From NCBI RefSeq assembly GCF_006345805.1, contig NC_043015.1, positions 5,022,001 through 5,086,000 on the forward strand: DNA of 64,000 bases, in the 5' to 3' direction. Under the pieces are notes generated by a model. The model made no database searches, was not told the origin of the DNA, and saw only the letters and a program-made list of their open reading frames with translations. Position numbers and translations under genes: made by a program. Source of the stretch: Octopus sinensis (lineage: Eukaryota). Positions 52,036 through 64,000 of the stretch are shown here, in pieces (position 1 is the first letter of the stretch; each line of letters starts with the position of its first letter).

Positions 52036-53711
52036 GTGCGTGTGTGTGTGTGTGTGTGTGTGGGTGTGTGTATGTGCATATACATTTCCCTGCATTTTCC
52101 TCCTATATATACAAATTTTGTCTCCCATACATGACTTCTTTTCCCTAAATATTTCTTCTCCTACACCCATATCCTTCCTATATAGTCTCTTTACTTCCCT
52201 ATATCTATACCCTTTCACATTTCTAACTCGGATGTTGAACGCACACCGCCAAACTCCACTTCCCACCCTTCCAATTTTCAGTTCCCCCCGCCCGCCCCTA
52301 CGTGGACACTTTTAACACACACCTCTAACTTTCAACCACCTTCATCTCATGTTAAATTATATTTTTATCTTATTTTATTTTATCTTATTTTTACTCTTAT
52401 TCTACTTCCATTTATTCTCATTTTCATTTTCATCCCTTACCTTAACTCTTATAATTTTTATAATTTTTATATTTCATTTCTAACTATTACATTGTATTTC
52501 TTATTTTATACTGTATTTCTTACTTTTATTTCTAATTTTTACCCTTACCCTCATTCTTACCCCTAACTTATCGCTTTACATCTCTATATATGTTTATTTA
52601 CTTACCTATAGATCCACTTTTGACTATGCGAGCGTCCGTGTACGTATGTATACGCATACATACATAAACGCGCGCATATATGTACATGCATATTTTGATA
52701 TCTTATAGCTATACCCATATGTCTGTGTGTGTGTGTAGGTGTATATGTGCACGCACATACGTACACACAGCCGTGTGTGCGTGCACGCATAGACGTGTGA
52801 TTCCTTACATACGCTCTTATATACATCCTTTAATATCTTATATCTAGACCTGGAAGCGTGGGCATATGCGTGTGTGTATGTAGGGATGGGCGCGCGTATG
52901 TACATGTGAGTGTGTACACGTATAGTGTCCGTGTATACATGCGGATATTCTGTTGTATGTATGTATGTGTACGCACGTGCGTGTGGGGGGTGTGTGTTTA
53001 TATGCATGTTTACACGCGAGTGCGTGTGTATGCTTATAGGCTTGGAGGCGTATATGTACGCGTGTGTATATGGGTGTGTGTATCCATGTTGGTATGTATG
53101 TACTAGAAGTCCAAATAATTCAAGGAACTAGATTAAACGCTCAACAGCTCTGATTTACAACGCATTAGGTCCCCAGACGAAACTGTTGATTTACTGACAA
53201 TTCTACAACTAAATTTTATCAATCTCCTGACCACCATGCTTGGTCCTTAACTCTATACATCCCTTATCTTTATATTTTTTATATTTTGTTACATTTTTAT
53301 CATGTTTTTTTACTTTTATTTTTATTTCTATTTCTATTTTTACTTTATAACCTTATGCCTTTACGTTTATTTATATTTCTTTATATTTCTTTATATTCTT
53401 TATACCCCCTTTACATCTCCTTATATCTCTTTATATCTTTATGCTCTACATCTTTATATTTTTCTATACTTACACTTTTTATACATTTTTATCCCTCGTC
53501 CTGAATTCTCGCCCCTCCATCTTCACGTATATACATGTATTTATTTATTTACATTACTTCAACATCCATTTTTCTTCATCCTACATTGAGAGAAGAAAGA
53601 GATGGACGCTTCAATTCTATGCTGCTGCCGCATTATGTCGTACGCGAATGGGAGGATTTGCATCCCCAACAAGAATTTTTTAGTAACACATGTCCTTGTG
53701 GAAGCTGTTGT

Positions 53712-53790
53712 GCGCGGCTGAAGAAGGCCACAGACATACATTATGCATTGTTATAAATCTGTCTAACAAAGCCCGAACATATGTACGCTG
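53712..53790 (+). ncRNA. Degenerate hammerhead in PLE 3' terminal region
   Basis: CTGAAGA a ggc...gcc c GAAC ATAT GTA cgctg; palindromic ACATATGT, but one core A is missing and stem I is poor. Confidence 0.4.
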
Positions 53791-53891
53791 AGTCCTTCGC
53801 ATCATGTTTTTATTTTGATCAATTTACTCACCCAACTACACCACCAAACGGTATACACAGGTGCTTATAATTATCAAGTACTCACCCGATT

Positions 53892-53935
<44 letters not shown>

Positions 53936-54085
53936 TTATATTGTTATGTATGTGTGTACGTGTGCATGCATCATCTCTGTCTTTAAGTAATGTATAAATT
54001 CCCATCACAAAAAAGTTTTCAGTATTTCTATGTAACTGTACACGTACATATTTATATTATATATATGTATATACATATATATAAA

Positions 54086-54152
<67 letters not shown>

Positions 54153-54157
54153 TATAT

Positions 54158-54450
54158 AGGCGGAGGTGCGATTGTGTTGTAAGAATCTTGCCTCCCAACC
54201 ACATTGTTCGGTGTTCAGTTCTACTACGTGGCAACATCGGCAAGTGTCTTCTACTATAACATCGGGCCAACCAAACCCTTGTGAATGCATTTGGTTGAGG
54301 GAGACTGAAAGAAACTCGTCGTATGTGTATGTATGCGTGTCTGTGTTTTCTATCCACCATCGCTTAGCAACCGATTTTCTGGTATTGACGTCTCGTAAGA
54401 TGGCTGTTCGACAAAAGGGCAACATAGAATAATTACTAGGCTTACAACGA
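54158..54450 (+). mobile_element. Diverged SINE (Octopus-type)
   Basis: aggcggaggtgcgattgtgttgtaagaatcttgcc...gttcagttc head and body. Confidence 0.75.
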
Positions 54451-55076
54451 ATACTTAGAAACAATTATGGTGTCTGATTAGCTGGCAAACAGTTATGAAT
54501 TTATTTTACAGCCTATTTTGAACACCTTAAATGTAAACTGTTTAAACACAAAGCATCTCTTAACATTTTTCTTATCATTGTCAAAGACTTTTTTCTTAAC
54601 AATCTCTGATCATTGTTAAAGTCTCTATCACACTATTGTAATATTTTTACGTTAACACCACAAAGACTGCACAGAACTTTGCGTTTTACTTTTGAAAATC
54701 TTTTTCAAAATATCTTTAAAATACCTTTGCATTTTCAAGTAATCTTCCCTATAAACGGTGACAAAACTATTCACACCGAATTCAAAGAGAAATTTTATTT
54801 ACAAGACCAAATACGAACTAATACAATACTTAAATTTGACAAACACACAGAGTCTAATTCCCTGGTGCAACGGTAACACTCTAAGTCGTGTTAATGAAGG
54901 AATGTGGGTTCGGGACCCACGTGAATAGTAAAGCTTACTTTTTTCTGTCGAGGGTTTACATTCCCCATTATTAGACTATTTTTCTTTGTCATTGCACGGT
55001 GATCGCTTTAAGCTATAGGGTTATATTATTACTTACAATATTCTAAAACCCGGCACCTGATAAAAAAAACATTCAC

Positions 55077-55129
<53 letters not shown>

Positions 55130-55489
55130 TTTTCAGAGTTCGAAAATATCTGATAGTTAATTAGTAAAAGCACGAACATAGTGTCGGGGGACAATACACC
55201 TGTGAGCCAAAAATCTATACTGACATGTACGTACTAACTAAAGTAAATATCGATATGCCCTTTCAGTTATAAATACATTCGAACATATCAAACTGAATCC
55301 ACAACGTATCATCAAATTCTTATTGGGACACACTCATTCGATGTATTCGACTACAGACTCCCGATTACAACATATTGAAGTTTCCCAGTTGGGTGAACCA
55401 AAGATAAGCGAGATGTGCCGTGGTTCACTACATGTATGTTCTTCATTGATAAAAGAAAAATTTACATCGTGCAAAAAGATAGCTTTTCA

Positions 55490-56199
55490 TCAGTTGAATA
55501 CATGTAACATTTAAATATATGTAACAATTAAATATAGGAACTTCTCGAAAGATATAACGGTAACTTCCAGATGACTCACCCGACCTGATTTCGGCAGGAG
55601 AAAGATTAGCTTAGGCAATACTGAAGGCTTAATAAATGTCATCAACGATAGATTTGTAATTTGAAGTCAATGAATTTTCCCTCTTGGTTAACTCAACCAC
55701 TACTGATTGACGTTTCTGAGGCCACAGTTCAATACCAAGACTTATCAGAATTGCAACACGATGAATCAATGTTGAAATTAAAAGGTACAAATATGTGGCT
55801 ATGTGACGAGGTTGAAAGAAAATTCCCTAACATCTCTACGACAGTAAGGGAAGTATTGATTCATTTTCCTGCGTCTTATTTTGACAGTGCTGGAAGGCAA
55901 GAGAAATTGCGTTGAAATTACAAAACGTGGTGATTTACGTCTGAAGTTAACGAAATCGTCTCCTCAAACCAGGGATCTGTGCCGTATGCTCCAGGCACAG
56001 CGTTCTTACTAAATATATCGAAGTATCCATCAGTCTGGAAATTGAATTAAAATCATGTTTCTATAGTTAAAAAGATGTTGATGGGCACCAGATATTTTGT
56101 TGTTAAAAAGTGAGACACCGGAAAACTCGCAATTAAAAATTTGGGCATCGGAAAATTTATTAAAATTGGGGTACCAGTTATAAATTTTGGGAAACACTG
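55490..56199 (+). mobile_element. hAT (Buster/Charlie-type) 3' remnant with right TIR
   Basis: FPSWLTQPLLID...LSELQHDES...MWLCDEVERKFPN...FPASY, then RGDLRLKLTK; ends ttgggaaacactg (reverse complement cagtgtttcccaa). Confidence 0.8.
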
Positions 56200-56299
56200 A
56201 TGTATAGTTTCCTGTTAGACTTTACTATGTGCTACTTTATGGTAGTTCTTATACTAGATATTACTGCATATGCAATTAATATTTCCACTTGATTGTTGT

Positions 56300-57200
56300 T
56301 TTCAGGGTCCTGGGTGAATATAGTCCAGCTACCCCGGTAATCTGCGGTGCTTTTCTTCACTGCAGAAGCGATGGTGGATGGTCTTTCCCTCTGTGACTCG
56401 GCAGAGCAGAATATACTAAGCTCATGGCTGTCTAGGAAGTTACAGTTATAGCTTAGGTTAAGGAGGAGGCCGAGGTACCTCGTGTTAACTTCGCGTAACT
56501 CTACTTCACAATCTTAGATAATATCAATGCATTTTCTCCACAGCAAAATCTATATCTATAGAAGGGTAGAGTGAAACTACACCCATAATACCCACTATAC
56601 AACCTGCGAGGTCGATAGAGCGGTTCCAACTACTGATTCTACAGAGGATATCCTCAGTGCTCACATTGACATCCAGGGACATTTGAATGAGTAGTCGTAA
56701 CACACTTGAGAGCAAATAGCATAGCCTATAATTGCTGGTGATTTTCGCCCCCGCCAACTGGCCGGGTTGGGGGCCCCATAACAGAGTTTACGTAGGGTTA
56801 ATGGTTCTTAAGTAACACGTATAGGGTTTTTAAGAACGTCGTTGAATGCTTGAAAATTATGCTTGTGTAGTCCGTTTCTTGGGTTGGAGTGTGTATGCAC
56901 CACATTCCCGTGTGTGCATTGAGGAATTTGTCCAGTCTTTCATGTTCCGGTGGTGAAACACCTCATGATACTGATGTGGGGTTGTATGGTCTGGACACAG
57001 TTCTACAGGCTGTCTATCGACACTGTGCCGGACTTCTCAATAGGTAGACACACTGATTCTCTGTTTCTAAATCGCTGTTTCAGTTTTTGTAGGCCTTTTG
57101 TACTGATGAACTGACCTGATGGGCTACCCTCCCATTATGTTTTATAGTGGTTTCTTATATCGGTCTAAAATGTGCGGAGCCGAAGTCCACTGGTATTTCA
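56300..57200 (-). mobile_element. Penelope-like RT remnant (different lineage from 30.8-32 kb)
   Basis: AGAKITSNYRLCYLLSSVLRLL...STEDIL.RI...CIVGIMGVVSLYPSIDIDFAVEK resembles PLE RT motif A (GS.DV..LYPSI). Confidence 0.6.
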
Positions 57201-57619
57201 CATTCTAACATGATGTTCCTGTCATGATGATCTTCCGTGTATGTATTTATGTATGCATGTATGTATGTATGTATGTATGTATGTATAAATATAATTCGAG
57301 CATATATTTGTGGCTCTGTTTTATTTATTTACTTTTTAAAATTGCATCCTCTATACAATCCCATATAAAATTAATTTAATGCATTGATACAATTTTCTGA
57401 TACAATTTGAAGTGTTCTTATACTTTCATCACAGCATATTTGGTCCTTAGTTTGTATTGGGTGAACAAGCCAAGGTGGCATGGCTACTGTTATTTGATAA
57501 AGTACTTTAGAGTTATAGATAGTGTAAATATACCTCTGGATCGTTAGAATATTTCTAAAGAGAGTTAAGTCATTTGAATATTACTTACTGTTGTTTCACT
57601 TTTAGACAAAGTGAAACGT

Positions 57620-58100
57620 ATATCAATTGCAGAAACGTACCAGATGTAGACAACATCTAAACCTCATTGTAATATGCATTCCAAAATGAAATTTTACACA
57701 ACAGACGAAATTCTTCTTCAGAATTATAATGAGCAACTTTAAACATATCTGGTAGCTGTACATACTCACTACGAAAAATGAATGCATATATTTCCAGCAT
57801 ATTAGCTTAACACGAATAATATTTGACAGCACAGGGAATTCGGCAAATTCAAATTGATCTGTAACTTTAGTAAAGATTATGCGAACTGTTATTTTACGCT
57901 TCCGCACTCAACTGTTATTTGGAAATTTAAACAATATATGCAAGCAGAGTGTCAATTCGCAATGACATTGTGCATTTCAAAATGTTTATATTGGTGCCAC
58001 ACTTGAGGAATATTCGAATAAGATTGTAGCCGAAATACTCTTCTGTACAAATTGTATCTCATTCATTTTCTCTCCTCTAATTTGTTGTCACATCCGTGCG
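57620..58100 (+). mobile_element. Possible hAT dimerization-domain remnant
   Basis: TLPHST preceded by a KF..L-like segment; very decayed. Confidence 0.3.
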
Positions 58101-58739
58101 AACAAATCCTGTCAGAATCATATATTTACGACTTAATTGATTGTGACATATATGAGATATGTCATCATTTAGTACTTCAACCTGTCACGTTATTATTCTA
58201 AATAGACATTTTAAAAGAAATAAAAGCAGATATGTTCACGTCGTCTGTAATTCAACAAAAACAACCTAGCTGTATGTCTTAGTTGATAAAGAAATTTTGA
58301 AGAGATAACTGAAGATATTCAAGATAACTTCATTTAATAGAACAATGTTATACATCATGGGATATTATATACTGTCCACATGTAGCGAATACGAAATACA
58401 TCCAGAAATAGACATTTAAAATAGCATATATTAACTTATATGAACATAAATATTTCTCCTGTAACCACCATCTATTATTCTCTCTCTCTCTAAATATATA
58501 TATATATATATTATATATATATATATGATCATACACACAACATACATATATGCATATTATATATATATATATAATATATATATATATTATATATATATAT
58601 ATATATCACGTGATCATGTGACCGATCAGTCCATCAAATGTAGTTACATATCGCTTGTCACAATGCGTTCGTATTGTTTTAGCCTTAGAATGATGCCACC
58701 CCGCTGGCTAACCGAGCTGGCCAACAGAAGAAAGAGTGG

Positions 58740-58907
58740 AATAAAGAGTGGTGAAAGAGTACAGCAGGGATCACCACCCCCTGCCAGAGCGTCGTGGAGC
58801 TTTTAGGTGTTTTCGCTCAATAAACACTCACAACGCCCGGTCTGGGAGTCGAAACCGCAATCCTGCGACCGCAAGTCCGCTGCCCTAACCACTGGGCCAT
58901 TGCGCCT

Positions 58908-58910
<3 letters not shown>
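58740..58910 (-). mobile_element. tRNA-headed SINE 5' part (family of 23660-23978)
   Basis: gtggaggcgcaatggcccagtggttagggcagcggacttgcggtcgcagg...ggtttcgactcccagacc. Confidence 0.8.
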
Positions 58911-58957
<47 letters not shown>

Positions 58958-59155
58958 TATATATATATATATATATAACTCCAAGAAAGTTAGACGTTGT
59001 GAATCCAACCCACTAATGGATAATATCTATTCAATATACCGCTGGAAGAATACACAATTATTAATACGCAAGTGTTTTTATTGCATTGCCATTACATTAC
59101 CTAGTGTACTAAATGGGTGAAGGTATAGATATATTTTACCATTAATTTATATTGT

Positions 59156-59904
59156 AATAAGAAAATGGAGTGGATCATAGTTGGTTCATCAAAGTTTAGA
59201 CATTATATTATGTTAACTGATTTATTTACGAAAGTGACAAATGCAATAAAATATTTACATGTATAACATATTATGCTTTTCATATAAGATATAAAATATA
59301 TTAATATATAATGATACCAGAAAGTATTACAAAATAACATACATGAATATAAGTTGGGAAAATAACTTACAGCTGTTTCAGCCAAGAGGTAAAATACCTC
59401 ATTCTACAATTATTACTCAAGTAGATTGAAGTAAAAGGTAAATGAATTTGAGGTACTTGGGTATTTCTCTAGGCTTCGTCAGAGATTATAAAGTACAAAA
59501 TGTTAAGTTATAAATAAAAAATAGATACAAAATAAACAAAAACCCACACACATCTGAATACTTATATATAGAGATTTTTGTATACATACATACATAAATA
59601 TGCATAAATAGTTATATAAATATATTGAAATGTACATACATATTTGCATTTATAAGCATACATATTAATCAGTTATTGCTTATATTATTAATATTAGATT
59701 CATTCTATTATTCACATTAGATATAATATAGAATATAATATATAAACAGTTATAAGTTATAAGGATAGTAATTTTACATGAAAAGCATGTTATACATGTA
59801 TGTATTTAATTGTAATTGTATGTTTAGTAAATAAATAAATAAGTTAACGTAATATAATGTCTAAAGTTGATGAACTACCTATTGATCGCTTCCATTTTCT
59901 TATT
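59156..59904. repeat. AT-rich foldback remnant (~130-bp imperfect inverted arms)
   Basis: aataagaaaatgga...gttcatcaaagtttagacattata...acatgtataacat...gcttttcat (59156-59283) mirrors 59778-59904; right end abuts (TA)n. Confidence 0.75.
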
Positions 59905-59905
59905 G

Positions 59906-59940
<35 letters not shown>

Positions 59941-60049
59941 GAGAGAGAGAGAGAGATTATGCTCAATAATAACTTAATAGAAAATATAGTAAAATGTACG
60001 GTTACTCACCAATAATTATATTGATTTAAGACGATGATGAAAATAATGA

Positions 60050-60710
60050 GGTTAATGATTGCATGGCAAAGACGATTTACTGCTCTTCAGTTTACGCTTC
60101 TTTGTGTGTTTTAGGTAATGTTGTACGTATATTCGTGCAAGGCCTTCTTGGAGGACTTCATGAATACTGCGATGGGAAGTTACTGTCGTTTACTTTTCTT
60201 TACGGTGGTGAGAAGAGCGTTACTTTTGCATGGCAGCAGCGGTGGCTTGTGATTCAATTCCAAAGTGAGACCACCAGCATTATCCATAACAAGTAACACC
60301 TTGAATTCGACGCATTCGTTTTGGAGGTATTCTTTAGCCTGACGGATGAAGCACTGGTGGAACCAATCTAAATTTAGACATTTAGTAATCCAGGCCTTGT
60401 CTTTGTGCATCCCGTGGGTAGGCAGCGAGGTTTTATTTTTATATTTGATGGTCCTCTGGTTCGCAGACTTGTAGATAAATCTTGGTTTCGTCAGGAATCC
60501 ACCAGCATTGTCACACATAATTAGCGTTACTCTATCCTTCTCAGCCTTAAAACCTGGGGGCACTTGCTTCGTCCTTCATGACGTACCATCTGGAAGGCAT
60601 TTTCTTCCAGCACCAGCCAGTCTCGTCCATATTAAAAACCTGTTCCAGCTTGTATCCCTTGTGCTCGATGGATTGCCTGAATGTCTCGAGGTACTTCTCG
60701 GCGGCTTATA
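60050..60710 (-). mobile_element. Tigger/pogo transposase remnant
   Basis: PGFKAEKDRVTLIMCDNAGGFLTKPRFIYKSAN...KAWITKCLNLDWFHQCFI...KVLLVMDNAGG. Confidence 0.85.
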
Positions 60711-60723
60711 AATATATATATAT

Positions 60724-60756
<33 letters not shown>

Positions 60757-60906
60757 TCAAAAAGCAATAAAGATTCAAGTTAATTTAAATGAATTTACTT
60801 GAATATGGTACCTAACTTAGATGCACCAAAAAAAACTATACTGTTTTAACAATACAGTAATTTGGGGTGATTATAAGCGAGAAAGAAGCAACAAGAATGG
60901 ATAGGT

Positions 60907-60997
60907 TTTTAGTACAATCGTTTCATACAAGGACAGGCTTTACTAAAAGTTGTAAAAATTACAGCATATAAACGTGTCCCGTACTCATCAGCTAAAA
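60907..60997 (-). ncRNA. Type I hammerhead ribozyme, long stem II
   Basis: Same fold as 6921-7011; same sense as the ORF. Confidence 0.75.
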
Positions 60998-62463
60998 TAC
61001 ATGTGAGTTCTCTAAACATCCTAGTGGTTGAGGCTATACTCATGAAGTAATGTAGATAATTAAGTAACATAAACAGATTTCCAAAGTTCATTAAAGTTCT
61101 TTAAAGATGATGTACAGTCTTATCACAGAATTTTAAAAAAGTTTTAATAGCATCACCTAATCCATAGTGCACATATGAATTTCCAGAGATATGATGAGGG
61201 ATTACATACTCACAGAAGACAAATTTATCCATTGTTAATCACAACGAGGTGGGTCTCAATTCCTGTTTATTAGCATTACAGAGAGGGTGAATTAATCCTT
61301 TGTATAGATGCACAATTTCCAATGGTGTAGATGTAAATTTCCAGAGAAATGAAGAGGAATTTCATATTCACAGGCGATAAATTTATCAATGGTTGAACAC
61401 AATGAGGTAGGTATCAATTCTTGTTATATGATTAGGTATTTGCCACATTAATCACATTACTGCTATTTACAAGAGGCTGTAGCTATTTAACTTTTAAAGG
61501 CTGAAGGGCTTTCTAGAGAGATAAAGAATAGAAAAGGGAAGGGAATAGAAGAAAAGAGAGAAAATAAAGGAGGAGGGAGCAAAAAAGGGGGGAAGGGGAC
61601 TAAAAGAGAAGAGAAAAGGAAAAAGAGAATAAGAAGAAGAAAAAGAAAAAAGAGAAAAGAGAAAGAAATAGGGAAAGAAGGGAAAAAAAGAAAAAAAGAA
61701 AAAAAAGAAAAAGAAAAAAAAAGAGGGTTCTAGTTATACAGAAGAATTAGTAGACGGCAAGTCTGGTTTTAATTTACAGGCATCTAGGAACTAGAGGAGA
61801 ATATTATTCTTTGACCAGTAAAACAGCTAATTTATTGCTGTTGAAATCAGCTATGAATTTAAAGAGAATCTAAAGAGATAACACAGTCAGGGGTTTAGGG
61901 GTCAGATGCTAAAATCAAAAGAAAATACATTAGGAAAATCTAAGTATAATCTTATCAAAAAGTCATTAAAATTTACTTATTTAATTTATTCATTTTTTTG
62001 TCTTAAGGAGTTGCCGTTATTATTCATACATTGACGGACTACAGGTCAAATCTTAGAAGATCATTTACAAGGTGTTAGGGGATTGTCTATCATAATGAAG
62101 ATAATCATATTATCACCGAGGGGGTAGCCTTATTTATTTAATTTTGAAATAGAATTATGGGGCTATAGAAACTCATTTTATTTTATTAGAGTTATGCTAC
62201 TTAAATTAGATTAAGTTACGAATTAAAATTAAAAATTACAATTAAGATTTAAAATTAAGAATTTAAAAATTATGAGTTTGAAATTAAATAAAGCCTCAAT
62301 TAAGCAGCGTATAAGTACTATTCATTTCCCTGTTCTCAAAAAACTGATGCAGATATAAGGAAAAAGATAACTGTAGTGTGAGAACTCTTAGTTATCTACT
62401 TAAAGCAGTGCTATACTAGTAGAAATCAAGTTATATCTATCTATCTAGTTACGAATATTCTAA

Positions 62464-63540
62464 TCATTTAAAATATTTTAAAGTCTTCAATTTAGCGTGG
62501 ACAAAAACTTGACCTAGTTCGATATGGTTATTCAATAAGTTTCTATGTTTTCTATGCTTTAGAATTTCATACGTCTCCATGGAGCATAGTTGGCAACCAA
62601 CCCTACTATTTTTATTCGGAATTGCTCTCCTAACTATTTCCCAATTAAGGTTATAATTTTTATTATTATTTTTGAGTTCCCAGATTTTGTTTGAAAGTGT
62701 GGTGGTACCAGCTTTATGACGTAATTTAAAAGACGAGATGTGATTTCTAACTCTGGCTAGAAAATTAATTGTACATCCAATGTAAAGATATTTGTTATTC
62801 TCCGTGGATATGGTACATTTATAGATTACATTATTTTCCCCACATAGACCAGGTGCGGGCATTTTGATTTTATTCTACACTTACACACAGGAGGAACAAC
62901 TTCAGGCTTTGGATTATTCTTGGGTAGATGTCTTAGGTTCCTATTATTTTGATTATCATTTCTATAGTTGGTGCTGATATCTAAAGTATTGCTATTATTT
63001 ATTGATCCTTCAGCTTCATCATTTAGGTCTAAAGTCCTACCATGATTTCTTATATTATTGGTAATGTTACTATTATTGTTAGTCTTTTTATCCGACTTCA
63101 TATTGTTGTTATAATTATCACTGATATTTTCATTCTCCTTATTTTCTCCATTAGCCTTATATCTATTATTTCTATTATTAACATTATTACTTCTATTAAT
63201 ATCGGCATTGTTATTATTACTATTAATGTTAATGTTATTAGTCATTCTGTGGTTACTAATTTCACCTATGTTTTGATAGTTACTATTGCTGTTTTTATTG
63301 TTGGTAGTATTATTATATTGCTATTGGTATTCATGCTGATATTATTATTTTTATTTCTATCTTTCCTGGCTAGTTTAATGTTTTTATTATTAATCTTAGC
63401 TATTAAAGTGGACATATTTGGGAGGGTTGAATAAGAAATCCTAACTGTTTTCCTAGATATAATTCTATGATATCTATGAGAGATAGGGATTTTTTTTTTC
63501 CAGAATTACTTTGAATTTGTTCTGTATATCCGATTGTATC
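62464..63540 (-). pseudogene. PLE ORF remnant: RT C-terminal end, Asn-rich linker, GIY-YIG endonuclease (frameshifted)
   Basis: KTVRISYSTLPNMS...N-rich...CKCRIKSKCP / GLCGENNVIYKC...YIGCT...RNHISSF...LSNKIWELK...GCQLCSME...LLNNHIEL. Confidence 0.85.
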
Positions 63541-63733
63541 GCATATGTGCACTATGGATTAGGTCACCTTCTCTGTGATGCTATTAAAACTTTTTTAAAA
63601 TTCTGTGATAAGACTGTACATCATCTTTAAAGAACTTTAATGAACTTTGGAAATCTGTTTATGTTACTTAATTATCTACATTACTTCATGAGTATAGCCT
63701 CAACCACTAGGATGTCTAGAGAACTCACATGTA

Positions 63734-63823
63734 TTTTAGCTGATGAGTACGGGACACGTTATATGCTGTAATTTTTACAACTTTTAATAAAGTCTGTCCT
63801 TGTATGAAACGATTGTACTAAAA
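63734..63823 (+). ncRNA. Type I hammerhead ribozyme in the inverted terminal copy
   Basis: ttttag CTGATGA gtacgggac...gtccttgtat GAAAC gatt GTA ctaaaa. Confidence 0.75.
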
Positions 63824-64000
63824 ACCTATCCATTCTTGTTGCTTCTTTCTCGCGTATATATATATATATATATACATATATTATAAATATACATATATAT
63901 ATATAATATATATATATATATTATATATATATATATATACACATATATATACATATATATATACACACACATTTCTTTAGAGGCATTTATCTCTCTCCTT

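Larger units (their letters stand above)
51022..53895 (+). mobile_element. RT-less Penelope-like element with doubly inverted 5' end
   Basis: GIY-YIG ORF remnant; 51022-51057 is the reverse complement of 53791-53826; 51056-51147 is the reverse complement of 51169-51260; long low-complexity 3' region; (TA)n flanks. Confidence 0.85.
60757..63853 (-). mobile_element. RT-less Penelope-like element with inverted ~300-bp terminal repeat
   Basis: 60877-61177 is the reverse complement of 63542-63853 (12-nt indel); GIY-YIG ORF remnant inside; (TA)n on both sides. Confidence 0.9.

Noticed and set aside
51856-52315. C-terminal 150 aa of the 382-aa ORF
   Set aside because: Read-through into 3' low-complexity sequence caused by a 1-nt deletion near 51793.

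Overview
AT-rich, microsatellite-saturated eukaryotic genomic DNA. It is almost certainly cephalopod (Octopus-type tRNA-derived SINEs, TA/CA/GATA tracts); this is an inference from repeat content. No intact host protein-coding gene could be supported. The window is a graveyard of mobile elements: mariner/Tc1/Tigger/hAT/piggyBac remnants, RTE, CR1-like and R4/Dong-like LINE fragments, about a dozen SINEs and several Penelope-like elements (PLEs). The most notable signal is RNA-level. A young ~481-bp tandem array (43172-45869) carries a type I hammerhead ribozyme (HHR) fold in each complete unit and is arranged head-to-head across an inversion, like a retrozyme or HHR satellite. Two RT-less GIY-YIG PLEs (51.0-53.9 kb, 60.8-63.9 kb) have inverted termini, and the second family carries an HHR with an unusually long, apparently branched stem II (3 copies in the window). 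A minimal HHR (49124-49158) and a decayed foldback with reconstructable HHR halves (34.9-35.7 kb) are also present. All folds and translations were done by eye; ribozyme activity is untested. TE boundaries without terminal repeats are approximate.
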